Origin: the human T2T-CHM13v2.0 reference genome, Homo sapiens
NCBI RefSeq assembly: GCF_009914755.1
Contig: NC_060930.1
Direction: 5' to 3' (one strand)
Length of the DNA: 64,000 nt
Shown: positions 1 to 14,115 of the stretch, piece after piece
Numbering within the stretch: the stretch's first letter is position 1
Layout: the number at the start of each line of letters is the position of its first letter
Translations under genes and position numbers: made by a program
Notes under the pieces: model-generated
Database searches by the model: none
Seen by the model: the letters and a program-made list of their open reading frames with translations, nothing else
What the model was told of the DNA's origin: nothing

Positions 1-522
1 TGCAAAAACCATTTATGCATACTAAGGTGTAGCCAAATGAAATATGGGCTCAACTTGCCATAAAAGATTTAAAATTTTTATAGAAAATCACTTCAAAATA
101 TAAAATTATGATTTTATATTTATATGGGCTGTTTTTCTAGAAATGTTGATGTTTATTATCTGTTTTTAACTATCAGTAATTTATATTTGAATGTTAAGGG
201 CTATGAATATAGAATAGTTGTCAGATTTCAACAGTTCTAAAATAATTGTCTTAATTTCACATGAAACCTATTACAATAAATAGTATTTCTGGCTAGGTAT
301 AAAAGACATTGGTTTATTTTCCAATAAAATTATAATTCATCTGGTTTATGAGCAGGAGCTTAGAGATCAACTACAATATGAAGCAGTTCAATGTTTAAAT
401 ATTATTTCTCATTTCATACCTGTGATTCGAAAACCTTTCCTGTTCATACACAAAGTGAGAAAATGTATTTCTAATCACAGCAGTAACCATATACTAATAA
501 AGACATTGCTGAAATTGAGGTT

Positions 523-524
<2 letters not shown>

Positions 525-557
<33 letters not shown>

Positions 558-562
558 TGTGT
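525..562. repeat. (TG)n microsatellite
   Basis: Direct GT run with one interruption. Confidence 0.95.
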
Positions 563-1638
563 TAGTGGGTGCATGGGTTTTGTTTTTTTCTGAACTCTAA
601 TACACCCAACATACCGGGGGATTTGGAGAGGCCAATAGAGCAAAACGCCATGACTATCCTGTGGTGATGGTCAGCTCACAGTTTGAGAACCTGACGAACA
701 GCTTGACCGGCCAGCCTGTGGCACCCACAGCGAGTGGCTCTGGATGCAGCTCTCGGACAGGAGAAGTGGGTTCTTCCAAAAGCAAACAAACTCCGACCCA
801 CGGTCTTCATCTGGGCCCATCAGGTCAACCGTTGTTTTACAGAACATCGGCGATTGTCTTTCTCCTTGTGTCAGGAGCCTCTTGAAACATTATACGAGGA
901 TAATTAAGTGGTGAATAAGGGTCAATGTGGACAAATAAATCAAACTGATAGTTTGAACACAGACTGATTGAGCAAAAACAAGGAATTCTGCCATGCCTGT
1001 TACTGCAGTGCTTGATGTTAACTGACTTTGTTAACATTACATCCAAAGGCAGCAAGTGGGAAAGCTTTGTGTGGGATCAAAAACTGAGCAAAGAGACACG
1101 GGATTTAATTGTTCAGCTTTATTTTTGAAATAAAGACATGCAGCGCATCTATTTAGTTGACTTTAATGGAGCACGAAACCAAACCCATTCTTTAGCATGC
1201 TAATTGAGCCAGAAGATGCTTTCCTCTCCTGTAACAGAGATGCAAGAAATACCAGTAGAATCATCAGACTTTTGGAGCAGAAGTTCAGAGTTTAAAAATC
1301 TGACGGGAAGTTAAGTCCCTCTATCTCATGAGACAAATGAAATATTCAAGTAAATACAATATAAGCTTATAAATATTTTTAAATCACCTATCACAAGTCT
1401 AGTGGTAGTAAATGTTCATAGAATAAGAAGCTGTTGAAGTCAAATGTATTAACTTATGAAAGAGATTTTGTCAAGCAGAAGGGCAGCCTAGAAATCCTAA
1501 ACAGGAAAGAGAGGGAGAGAAAGACAGACAAAACTCTTTAAAAAGACTTCTGTGTGTCCACAGGTTTGTTCTCTGGGGAAAAAATTATTAGAAATGAAAT
1601 CGAAGGAGAAATCTATCTTAGTAAGGATAAAGAGGAGC

Positions 1639-1735
1639 TATATATATTATATACATATTTATAAATTTTTATTAAAATATATTTTTTATAAATATTCAAA
1701 TATACTTTTATAAATATTTAATATATATATATTTT
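1639..1735. repeat. AT-rich low-complexity quasi-palindromic tract
   Basis: Nearly all A/T; the two ends are approximate reverse complements. Confidence 0.8.
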
Positions 1736-4434
1736 TTACCACGAACATGCATCTTGACTATTTTATTTGAGTATTGGAATTCAAGTTTTCCTGGCAGTCA
1801 AAATTTCACTTCACTATCCAGCTCTAATGTAGCAGAAATGAATATGTAGTTTAAGCTATAATTTTTTGTCATGTTAATGATCTTAGTTGTTATTTTATAG
1901 TCTTGTTCTAACTTACCATAATGGTGCTTGTGTCCGACAACGTAGGACACTGGATTTAATAATATATCACATATATCTTCATACATGAACAGCATCAATC
2001 TTTAAAATGATGATATTTAATAGTCTCACAAATAAAGTGAAAGAAACGTAATATAAACTTATGAAAATACATGCTATATCAATGTAAGCTTACAAAAATA
2101 TATGCTATATTTTAATTATAAACTCACCAATGAATGAATTTTATTATAAAGAAAACCATTACTTTATTAAAAAATCTCCTTTAATAGAAAATCTTCTTTA
2201 ATAGAAAAATGTATAAAGAGAAATGAGACACTGATTGCTTCTACCTTTCTGTGCTTTCCATATTTTATATATAGGTTGCTTGAAGAAATTAGCAATATAG
2301 TGAATAGTAATTGCAAACAGTAATTTATGAGTTTAAAGACATTTAAATGGCATTTGTTTGTAAGCATTGATTACAAATTCATTCCCATATCTGGTCATCT
2401 GTCTTCATTTTTTAATTTAAATGCTAGTATTAATACCAATACGCTTAGATCAACAAGGATAACACTGTTATTAATGTTGTCTTTTGGCTGTGTTAATATA
2501 AAATAACTATCAAGAATAAATTATATGGGGGAAGGTGGCTATTTGCTGCAGTGCTCCTAGGTTTTTTTTTCCCCATAAATATTTTCACATAAAGAATCTA
2601 AGAGAAGCTCATCTATGAGCCGCCTACTCTGAGAAAGTGGTCTGAGAAAGGTGTAATGGATTGTGGAGGGAAATGAAGGCAAGCTTACACCATATCCAAT
2701 CAGCCTTTTTCTGAAAGGTCAGGACATTCTGTCTGGGCCCATTTGTGTTTTTGATTCTGCCGTTTCACTATTCAGTAACACAATGTAACTGTCAGTCTCA
2801 ACAACAGCTCCTGGATCTGCTGGCTCCACAGCTCTCGGGGTAACATACAATATTTCACATTCACAAAACAATTCAACGTCTGCGTGAGCAAACCATATGA
2901 TGACCACAGGGAGCAATATGGTCACACCCTACTGAGCACTCTTAAGGGGACTCTGCAAAGAACTATGTCTAAAAAAGAATCAGGCTTTGCTCCTCTGGGC
3001 TTTTGCTTACTTGCCAAATAGCATTTTAATGTTTCATTTTTATCAGCAGAAGTCAAATGCAAATGTTCCTCCCTCTGCTCCATTTTGGTAGAGAAAGAGA
3101 GCTTTACTGCTATGCAAAACATTTGCAGTCATGGAGTTAGGAGGGTGATAGATATTAGAAATAATTTAGCACATTAATGATGGCCTTTTTGGATTTCCCC
3201 CGTGTGTGTTTTGTTATATTATTTATTTCTCTTCCCAAACAAAACCAGACACCAGCTCAAATTTATAAGGACAAAGCATGGGTTCTGATAGTCTAGGGAG
3301 ACCAAACCACCAATGCCCTAACATAATTTCTAACCAATGAGATCTGAACTGAGCTCTAGAGAATTAATGCATATGGTACATTTTCCAAGGATTTGGCCTC
3401 TAATGCTACTTTTTGACCAGCTGATTGATTTAGGTTACAGTCCAGCCTGCCACTTCACTCAGAAGAAAATTAGATAAACTATTCACAGAAAATGACAGCA
3501 AAGAAAAGAAAAAGCTTACCTTCTAAGGCATGCAGTCTGGTTCCCTCCTGCCCAATATTTATTCTTATTGCTAGATTTCCAATTCTTTTTCTATCCAAGT
3601 TGCATCATGAATTTCTGAATTCATCATTAATTTTTCAGTGAATTTATTTTTTAAAAAACTCTCTTGGATTTTTCTAACACTAAAAATGTTTTAAAATGTA
3701 TTTTCAGGTAATATGTGTTATCCTTCCATTCTTCTCAATGTTTTACCCATGCTGCTGAAGATTTCTTCAAGTTAATGACACTGAATTAACCAGTTACATA
3801 ATTTATTCTTATCAACCCTCCCAATTATGCTGAGTTTGAATCATCTTAAAATCCTAATTTCTAGTTTTCCAGTAATAGCACTCATAGTGATTATTTGGGT
3901 ATACACAACTATTCTTACAAGAACATGATGATTATGGGGTTTTTTTTCTAATTGATTCCAATCAATAATGGAGAGGCCAATAAGACTTAAATGGCACGAA
4001 TTATTTGCCTCTGGCTTTAGAGTGTATTTTTGCTCAAATAGTATTCTACTTGAGCAAATTTCCCAAATTTGTTTCTTGTCCTGACATTTTACTTGATGTT
4101 ACATTACAATGGATACAGCTATCACCTTGAATATTGATGAGAAGTACCGGTTTCGACGAATCTAGGTTTTAGATTGACAACTCACTACTTAGTAGAGGTA
4201 ATATCAGTAAAGAGTATAAAGAAGTTAAAAAATAGAAAAAGTTAAGTTAAAAAATAGAAAAATTAAATGAAGAAATCCACAGTTAATAAACTTCCTTTCC
4301 CTACAACAGTCATCATGATTGAAAATAAACACCAGGTTGGAGTAGGTTGGTTGCATCCTTTTGTTATACAGGCCTCCATTATGAACCTGGTGATGGGGGA
4401 AAAGGGGAACTCATTTCCTCTCCTACATCACCAG

Positions 4435-4870
4435 GGTACAGACTGCTGGTAATCCTCTAAATCTCTTTTCTGCTTCTCCCTGGGTTCATGACTGTGTAGC
4501 TAGAGACTACATTTCCCAGCATTCCTTGCAATTAGATGACACCAAGTCCTTTCTGGTAGAATGTGTAAAGATCTGATGTGTGTGTCCTGGGCCCAGAGCT
4601 TTGGGCACTGAGCTGGTTCATCTAGATCTTCTTTCTTTTTCCTACTGGCTGAACTTAGACACAGTGTTAAGCCAACTTGGACCATGATAACAATGCCCTG
4701 GCGGTGAAAGGATCCTGAGTGTCTGCAGCCTGTGTGGAGCAGGACTGTCCCAAGAACTGGACTGCCCACTGCAGATGGGTTAAAAGAGAGAAACAAATGT
4801 CTGCATTTCTGAAGCCACTGTCTTGGGGATCTTTTTGTTACAGCAGCTTAGCATTACTCCAAGGAATACA
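4435..4870 (+). mobile_element. MaLR solo LTR (MLT1J/H-like)
   Basis: actacatttcccagc...ccttgca motif and MLT1 3' end aagccactg...tttgttacagcagc...aataca. Confidence 0.75.
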
Positions 4871-6424
4871 TTCAAATACATGTCTTTCAAAGAAAATTAT
4901 AAAAATATATTTAAAAGCCAAATTAGAAATAATGTGTTCCTATCTATATCACAGTTCCCCTTCATTATCATACAAGACAAAATCCTGTAAGTGGGCAACT
5001 ATCTGTTGCAAAATGCAGAGTCTAAACTAATGTTTGTCAAATATGAGTTATAATTTGTTTTCTCATAACTTTTATAATGTAATAATGTCTATCTTTTTAT
5101 GTTTAGTAAAAATTAATCATTTATTTAAAATATTTCTCCATAGGATTCTGTCAAATAGAAACAGCATATTTACTCAGCTGTTTTTAGTAAGTAGCTTTTT
5201 TCTCTGGCAAAAAGTTGAAAAAATGCACCGCAATATTTTTCTTTCCACAACAGAGACTGTTTTTGTTTTCTACCCAGTCATTCAGGAATCAAGAGGATAA
5301 AACCAATCATTTTAGACACACTTTTGTTTCTTCTCACTTTTCTTATGCCTTGAGTCCCCACAAGTTCATTGTCTTTTCTCAGGTTAATTTTAGGTGGCAA
5401 AGGGTAAGCAACGAGGGGTCAAGTGGGTATTGGCCAGTTGAAATGGCAGACTTTTTAAAGGTAGTGCACATGAGAATAAATCAAGATCTATGACTGTAAT
5501 CATGACTGCAAGCATCTCCCCAGACTGAAGGCCCTTGAGGAGATGTCACATCTATCTCCTCCCCACAAACTCTCTGTCCCCACTGTACCCAGTGTCTAAG
5601 CAGTAAACATATTTGCTCCATTAAAGAGGTTCAACAAATGATGTGTGGTAGGTAATTGATGTGGGTAAGTAATGATGGCATTTGACCACTGCATCAGTTG
5701 ACTGTATGGACTTATGTATGGGTATCAGTCTGAGCAGAAAAAGCATTGCTGAGCTTTCATGCCACTGTCCTTGATGGTCTGGCATAGGATCCACCTTCTC
5801 TTCTAATCCCAGCCCCAAATCTCTTTCCCAGGATAAAACATTTTTTCATTCCCATCCTCAGGCATTAGTAGTGTGAACTAATGCTTCACTTCCACTGATC
5901 TTCAACAAAGGCATCCATTAGAGCCTTTTCCCATGTCACAATGATGTGATGACCACAGGACGTGATGTAATGTTTTGTTTTCAATATTTAGAACCAGAAG
6001 TTAAGACAACCCATTCATTCTGGAATTTCTTACTCCTTTCAAACTGCTGTCTTCAAGTTCATCCTTAGACGCTGCAATCCCCCTAGCTCCAGGAGAGTCA
6101 GAGCTTTTTCTTGATCTCAAACCTTTTCATTGATGTAATGTTTCTAGTTTTACACCATAAACTTTTTCATAGCAATAAACTACTGTTTTGATAAAAGTCA
6201 AAAGAAATAGATGTTTGCTCTACTTAACAAGTCAATTTGGAGAAATAAGTACGTATCAATTAAACAAATGTTATCAAGTTTGGGGGTGAATTTTGTGACA
6301 AAATATTACTTTAGGGTTTAGAGAAGCCTAGTTCTAGTTCACCTTCCTCAGAGCTGGGCACACAGTGGTCTTGCCTGCTGGCCTTGAGCAGGGACATAAG
6401 GAGAGAGGATGGACTTGAGCGGTG

Positions 6425-6630
6425 GTTGCTCCAAGTTCAAACTTCTGTCCTGCAACATACCAGGTAGGTGGGTGACCTTGAAGAGTTCAATGAATCCTTC
6501 CTATCCTCAGCTTCCTTATCTGTGAAAGAGGGACAGTGATTCCTAACTCATGATGTTGCCAGGTGGTATAAATTAGATGCCCTAAGTTAGCTGCCCTGCA
6601 AAGGGACAGGCAGTTAGTATGAGATAAATG
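6425..6630 (+). mobile_element. MIR SINE
   Basis: MIR core gtgaccttg...cctcagcttccttatctgtgaaa. Confidence 0.7.
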
Positions 6631-6949
6631 CATACTACTTCCTACTTCCTGCCAGATTAATGAATGATTCTTGCTCAGTAAAATCCTTTAAGATTGGTTA
6701 TCTTTGGCCTTCTCATTTCATTGTTGGAAACACTGAGTACTAGAAGCTTCCATTTTTTTCATTATATAATCAATAATAATGAAAATATAAGACTCACATT
6801 CACAGTCCAGTTTTCCCTGATTTCTAACCCATGCTATTCAGCCAGCTTGTGGTTCCATGGGAGACTTGAGGATTGTGTATTCTCATATAATCTTTCTGAT
6901 AGGAATTTTTTATTGATGTGAAGCCTTTCTTGTACTCACCTTCTCCCAC

Positions 6950-7600
6950 AAGACATTGAGCTTTCATTCTCTACTTGTCTTTTGCTCATATACCCTGTCT
7001 GTTTAGAATGACTACATCTCTCTCTGCTTAAATAATCTTTCTGAACTGTCCTTCAATTTGCAACTCACATCTTTCTTCCTTTAAGAAGTTCTTCCTAATA
7101 CTGCACCTGGAATGACCTCAAGTTCCTGTGTGTTCCCAGAATGCTTATTCTCTTTATTACTCATTTGACATTTCACATTTGCTGTCTTCTATTAAGCTAG
7201 TAGAGTGTGGCAGAAAAACTCTGGCCTAGGTGTCAGTAGACCTGAGTCCTGGGCCTGACAGCAGGATATCACTCACTCACTGTAACCTTTGTTTCCTTGT
7301 CTGTAAAACCAAAGTAATAATACTCAAGTGGTCTGCTTTGACAACCAAAAGAAATGTTAAAACACTTTACAAGCAATAAAATGCTATAGAGGAGAAGGCA
7401 TTAATTCTGTTACAAGCACATATGTTTTGCTGTTTCTTCTAAAACACCCAGCACTGTGCCCTAAATATACTATCAATAAAATGAATACATGAACAAACTA
7501 GGAACGTGAAGACCTGAGTTCTGGTGTCTGTTCTGCCAGCTGTAGGACCTTTGGCCTGGCATCTGAATAATGTTCAGTTTCTTGTAAAATGAGAGGATTT
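6950..7600 (+). mobile_element. L2 3' fragment interrupted or followed by MIR fragments (~7200-7390, ~7505-7600)
   Basis: L2 tail ccagcactgtgcc...tcaataaaatgaat; MIR motifs agacctgagt, gtttcc..tctgtaaaa. Confidence 0.55.
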
Positions 7601-7611
7601 GTCCAGAGTTC

Positions 7612-7742
7612 AGACAATGGATCTCAACCCTGATTGCACATTGGAAAGACCAAGGGAGCTTTTAAAAAAAGGCACATGCCTGAGTCCCACTTCAAATCCA
7701 TCCAGATTCTCTGACAGTGAGGCTCTTGCCTCGGTATTAAAA
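7612..7742. mobile_element. MER5A-like hAT-Charlie fragment
   Basis: caatggatctcaaccctgattgcacattggaa...gggagcttttaaaa. Confidence 0.6.
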
Positions 7743-7747
7743 TTCTT

Positions 7748-8955
7748 TGTTTTTAATTTTGAAGCAACTACAAACTTACAGAAAAGTTGGAAATACAGAA
7801 TAAAGACTTTTTTTCTGAACCAGTTAGAGTAAGTTGCCCACCCAGTAACATATTACCCTGAAAACTTTAGTGTGAATTTCCTACAAACAAGGACATTATC
7901 CTACAGATATGCAACATCACCATCAAAATCAGATGACTAACATGGATACATTCAAGATCCTATTCAGGTTTCACCCATTGCCCCAAATCCTATTCAGATC
8001 TCACCAACTGTCTTTTGGAAATGGAACCTCTTCAGAATCATGCCTTATGTTTAGTTGTCATGTTTCTTTTGCCTCCTTTAGACTAGATGGTTCCTCAGTG
8101 TTTCCTCGGTTTTCATGACGATGCTTTTGAAGATTACAGGTCATTAATTTTGTAGAATGTCCTTCATTTTGGGTTTGTCTGAATCCTCCTCATAATTAGA
8201 TTCAGGTTCCATGATTGACAAGAATATTACAGAGGTGACGCTGGCTTTTCCTATCCAGGAATTTTGTTCCATTACTGATGAGGTTCACTTTGATGGCTTG
8301 ACAAAGGCAGTGTCTGCCAGTCTTCTCAACTGGAAAGATAATCTTTTCCCTCTTTGCAATTAATCAATATCTTATGGGAAGATACTTTGGAACTGTGTAA
8401 TATTTTGTGCCTTATCAAACTGTCAAATGTATTAATTTATTTATATCTGTATGTTTTAATGATTTTCCATGTTATTCAATTAGTTTTATTCCATTACTAT
8501 CATTATTTATTTTGGTGCTCAAATTGTGCCCAGTTTGGCTGGTGGAAATCCCATCAGGCCAGCTCCTGTATCCTTCTCACATGTCCCCATCATCCTTTGA
8601 ATACATCCTGCTGTCTAGCACCACAAGATATCCCAGGATCCTCTGGTACTTTTCCTGCCCTAATCCTGGAATTGGCAATCTCTCCAAGGGTCCCTGGCTC
8701 CCACCGAGAATAGTATGTGGAGGGAAGCACATACTAGATGTGTTCATCACTGTCGGGTTATCATGACTTCTAGGCCCTCTCAGTGGACAGGTTTAAGGAT
8801 TATGTGAATATTGATATGTGTATATATCACTTTTATATTCATGTTTGTTACTATCTATTTTTGAAACTATGGGTTCACACTAATTCCAATGCCAATCTAA
8901 TACTGCAAAGATTATTCTAATTTTCTCTCTTTCAATATTTATAACTCCTTCTCAT
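7748..8955 (-). mobile_element. Old L1 3' region (L1MC4/5-like)
   Basis: caaacttacagaaaagttg...tttcctacaaacaaggacatt...catcaaaatcag, typical of antisense L1MC 3'UTR. Confidence 0.75.
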
Positions 8956-10145
8956 CTTTAGGAGTTTTGGAATTTGAAAAAAACATCAACAAGAAACATC
9001 CTCTGGAGAATTTTCTTCACTTTCATCACCCACTAAGCTAAAAAAAATCACAAAATTATTAAATGAGATGCCTCTCTTTTTTGAAGCCCTATCATCTTAA
9101 GTTTTTTTAAAAACATACACATGTGCACGAACTCTCGCCTACATACCTTTTGAAAGCTAACACATTTTAATATTGCTTTTATACAGGCTTATGGCACCGT
9201 GTCATCCTTCAGAGCCATCTAATTATAATTAAGGTATTGCCTTTATAGAGACATTTTTAAAAATATAGGAATAATAATCTTTCTGCATTTTAAAACCTGA
9301 AACAGGATACGTAAATAGATTTGTCTTGTGTTGGGATCGGGGGAGTAGAAGTCCCTCAACAAGATGGGAAGAGTTGTGCATTCAGCAGTCCGTGATGAGT
9401 ACGTATTGAGCCAGACAACGCTGTGCTGGAACACTGTTTGCCGGATGGACACCCAGAGATGGCATTGTTTGTGTTGGTAAAGCTTGTATCAGTCACAATT
9501 GAGAGGAGGCGGCTGCTGTGGATCATGAGAGCCATTTGGAAAGGCTTATATCATGTTAGTTGCACTTTGCTTCACATGTCCTTCCTGTTTTCAATCTTCC
9601 TTTTGGCTGGAAGACTGTATTTCCATTCAGAGGTATCACATATTTCCTTCACAATATATTCATGATCCATACAGTTATAAGGCAGTCTAGGATGATCTAA
9701 ATATTGACTTTTTCTGTTGATGTAAGTACATACTATCTTTGGAATACTGAACTGCTAGTGAAAAATACAATCGTGGTTGAAAATAAAATTCTCTTTCATG
9801 GAATTCTTTGAAACTGCTACAATCATGCATATTTTCCTGGATTGCAAATTTTGGTTTATTCTTCTTACCTAAACACTCTTTACCTTTAATAATTCCATAC
9901 CATTTAGTGCAACAAGCCCAAATATCCAGTGTGGTCCATATCTGTCTTTCCCCTTCACTCTCTTTCCTTATGGACAGTTGATGTCACATGGGTAATTCAT
10001 AGTCAATACTATCTTATGTAAAGAACTATTGCTTTAGCCACCATGTCCTGGCTGGGCATTCAGTCATGCATTAATTACTAACCTACTATCCCATTCAATC
10101 AATCAGTCTATTAATTAATCAATTCGAGCATTTTTAACCTTTTAG

Positions 10146-10478
<333 letters not shown>

Positions 10479-10481
10479 TAG

Positions 10482-10835
<354 letters not shown>

Positions 10836-13800
10836 AAAATTTTCCTTTTTGAAGATTGAGGCCAAATAGCATAAATACATATCTATGTTTAGATTTCAGA
10901 GTAGTTTTAAAGTTGAGTGTTGAATGATGAGACCCTAAAATATCCATACATTACATGATTGAGTTACCATAACCCATTTGATAACGAGTTGTATTGTCTC
11001 ACTTGCTTAAAATACCTGCGTTTCTCTTGGGGGTGAAAGGAGACTGGAATAGATCTTGAGAGATTGTCATAGAAAATGAATACTCAGTAACGTAAGGATA
11101 TAAACAACTATTCAAGAGATGGGACCACTGAAGACCAAATACATCTTAGTCAATAATTGGAAAATGTGGGAAAGATTATTTTACAAAATGAAAGAATGAG
11201 TAGAACTTTCTCTTAAAAGTATTTATTGAAAATGAAACAGGAATGTTATTTCTGATGAGTATTTGAATGTAACAAACCATTTCTTGTTCATATTTAAAAT
11301 GTCAAAAGCAGCTTACCTTTCTATCAAGTCAGTTGAATTATTTAAATGACACACAACTAAGCTGTTTTGATTGTCTGAATAGTGATACTACAATGAAAAC
11401 AGCTAGTCTAAGAATTTCATATATTTTAGAAACTTCTAACTGCATTTGAACCATTCTGATTCTACCCAAAATAAGACAACGTTCCATTTGAGACTTGAAA
11501 AAAGAATTCGACATTTCTACGAAATTTTTAAATATTCTAGAAATTGTCCTTTCTCTGAGGTATATTCTGATCCATTTAGAAAAGGGGATATGGAAAAAGT
11601 AGCTCTGTTTATAATAAAAACCTCTTTTTTGGGGGTATAAAATCAGTTAAATAGAGAACACTGCATCATGCCTGAGAGAATCTTCCCCTGGGTGCATCTA
11701 TAACGACTACAGAGTGCCATCCACAGACTCTAACAGATGCCCGACAGAGGGATTCCAGGCCCTAACCTCCCTCTAGTCTCTTGCGTTAATGAGGACTCTT
11801 GATGCAGTTTAAGGCACACTAGTGAGCAGCTCTAAATCAGAGCTCACCCTGTGGAAGGAAAGTTTACAATGGGTACCGAGGCCAGTCGGTTAGAATTCCA
11901 GATGTGGGGCCTGCACCTTGCCCCTGACCAGCATCCATTTCTGCGCTCCACAGCTGGTCCATGTAAATGTGCCATATTGCCGCCCATCTGCTCAGAGAGT
12001 GCACAGTGGCACATCTCTCTCTGACAGTGGACCGTTTTATTGAATGCTATAAATATTGAAATTCATAGGCATGAAGCAGCAGATTTTTAATGTTACTTAG
12101 AGAGACATTTGAGCCGCAACCTTTGGCAGAAGCATAGACTGTTAGTATCTCAGTACACTGCACACCATTTGGTTCAGACTCATGAACAACTTTTCCAGGG
12201 ATTTCATGGCTCTCCAATCCCAGGTAAAATGGAGTACAGACCCTGAGGGATGGTATTTAGTGTGAATGTCACCCTGCATACAATATGCATTTGGGATATG
12301 GACTTTCCAGCCCTGTGCTGTGTTAAACCATATGTTAATGTTTTTATACTCAGAAAAGATTAGATTGGGGACCAATAAAGTTTCAAAACTACAAATAATA
12401 GGCTAACCATTGTGAAACGTGAAGAATTCCTTCAGCTGATTTTTTTCCAAAGTCTCTGCAGTTTTCATTTTTGAAATGGTAGGGCTATATTTTGTTATAG
12501 GAAACCAGCTTATCCATATTTTATAAGCTAGTATGTGCAAATTTTGTACCAGAGAGTAAACATCCTCATTAATTTGAAATTACTGGCATGATATCTGGAT
12601 AAGAAATAGAAAAAAGAAAATTGCTCTTTGGTGTTTCCACCTCTTGACCAAATGATCCCAAGCAAACTTTGAGGCAAAAAAGGAAGTAAATCAAAGCCCA
12701 AGAATGAAAAGTATGCAGGTTATCGGTACTGATTTTATTCCTGGGGTAATGTTCTTTGTCTTTAATAAACTGTGAAGCCAGGCAGGCTGTTTAAGACAAA
12801 AATGGACACGGTTTTGTATATAAACAAAAATGGGCACTATTTTACTTTTCCTTCAGTTCTACTGTGAAAATGCCCTTCTAGCAATTGTCAGAGATTTAAC
12901 AACAGAAGCGAATCATTCATTTAGAACAGTAAGTAGTTTGGAAAGGACATGATAATGCTCCCAGTTTGGCATTTATTTACATCAAAGCTGTTAAGACAAA
13001 CTAATGTGACAACTATTTAAAAATAAAATACTTTTCCTGCCTAATTGATGTAAAGCACTGAAAATGATCAAAATTCAAACTGAATTTCAATTATTTTTCT
13101 GGCACGTACATTTCTCAAGACCGTGATGCTTTTTAGCTTTGCTTCATTTTTATTTTCCAATTGCTCTGTGGTCTTTGTATTTTTTTTTAAACAGTAACTT
13201 GCATCTTTATTAGTAAAGTTGTAACATTCCAACAATAAGCTGTGTCATTGCTCAAACATTTCCCTGAGTTCCCAATCAGCAGAGTTATGTAAGGTGGCAG
13301 GTTAATAAATGCGACACACTGAAATCATTTGTACCAGATTATCTCTCTTTCCAAACTCTGGCAGATGCTAAGTCCAGCTGGTAAAAAAAAGTTTATAGGC
13401 GAGTTGGATCTGGGGTCTTCACACACTCCACAATGTTGGCGACCAATGCTTGTTTTAATGAGTCACGGATTGCCTGTTTATCTTCTGCTCCCTGCTGTTT
13501 CTGCATTTTCTCTTCCAGAACAATCCTAGAAACACATGCTGCTACAGACGCTGGAGCAATGTGTGTAGACATTTGAGCCAAATTATTATAAAGAACTCTT
13601 TCTTCTCTGATATTAAAAAAAGGAGCGAGAATTGCACATTGCCTAGCAAATCGTTATCTCAGATGTTCACTGTGACATGCTCAATATGGCCTACCAGAAA
13701 AAGTTGGAGACATTTGAAACCTTAACAACTACACAAAATGACACTGTAATTGGCGGGTTTTGTTGTTCATGTTCTGGCTCAGCTAAAACTGCTCTAAACA

Positions 13801-14057
13801 CTTTGTTTAATGATGTTACATTATGACAACACATGGCTTCTATACAGCAAGTCATCACGTTTAACATGCAACTACACAGGAAAAGAAGCAAGTGGCCAGG
13901 AAACAGTACCAGGAGCCACCCTTAGAAGTTCTTTTGTCAAGTCAAAAAAGATTAAGCCTAAAGTTTCCAAAAATGCCACTTCTCACTAAAAGCTCATTTA
14001 AGTCAGGTTCCCAAGCCCACTGGTTTAAGGTGACTTCTCAAGAAAAGCTGTTGTTGT

Positions 14058-14115
14058 GAGGGAGAGAGAGAGAGAGAGATTGAGAGAGACAGAGAGAGAG
14101 AGAGAGAGTGTGTGT
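14058..14115. repeat. (GA)n/(GT)n compound microsatellite
   Basis: Direct. Confidence 0.9.

Noticed and set aside
2719-2925. 68-aa minus ORF with a hydrophobic, signal-peptide-like N-terminus
   Set aside because: Non-ATG start, no homology I recognise and no supporting splice structure
8354-8766. Two 119-aa ORFs
   Set aside because: Antisense to an old L1 3' region
9243-9665. Exon-like GC patch with ORFs on both strands
   Set aside because: No frame gives a recognisable protein and I found no convincing acceptor/donor pair
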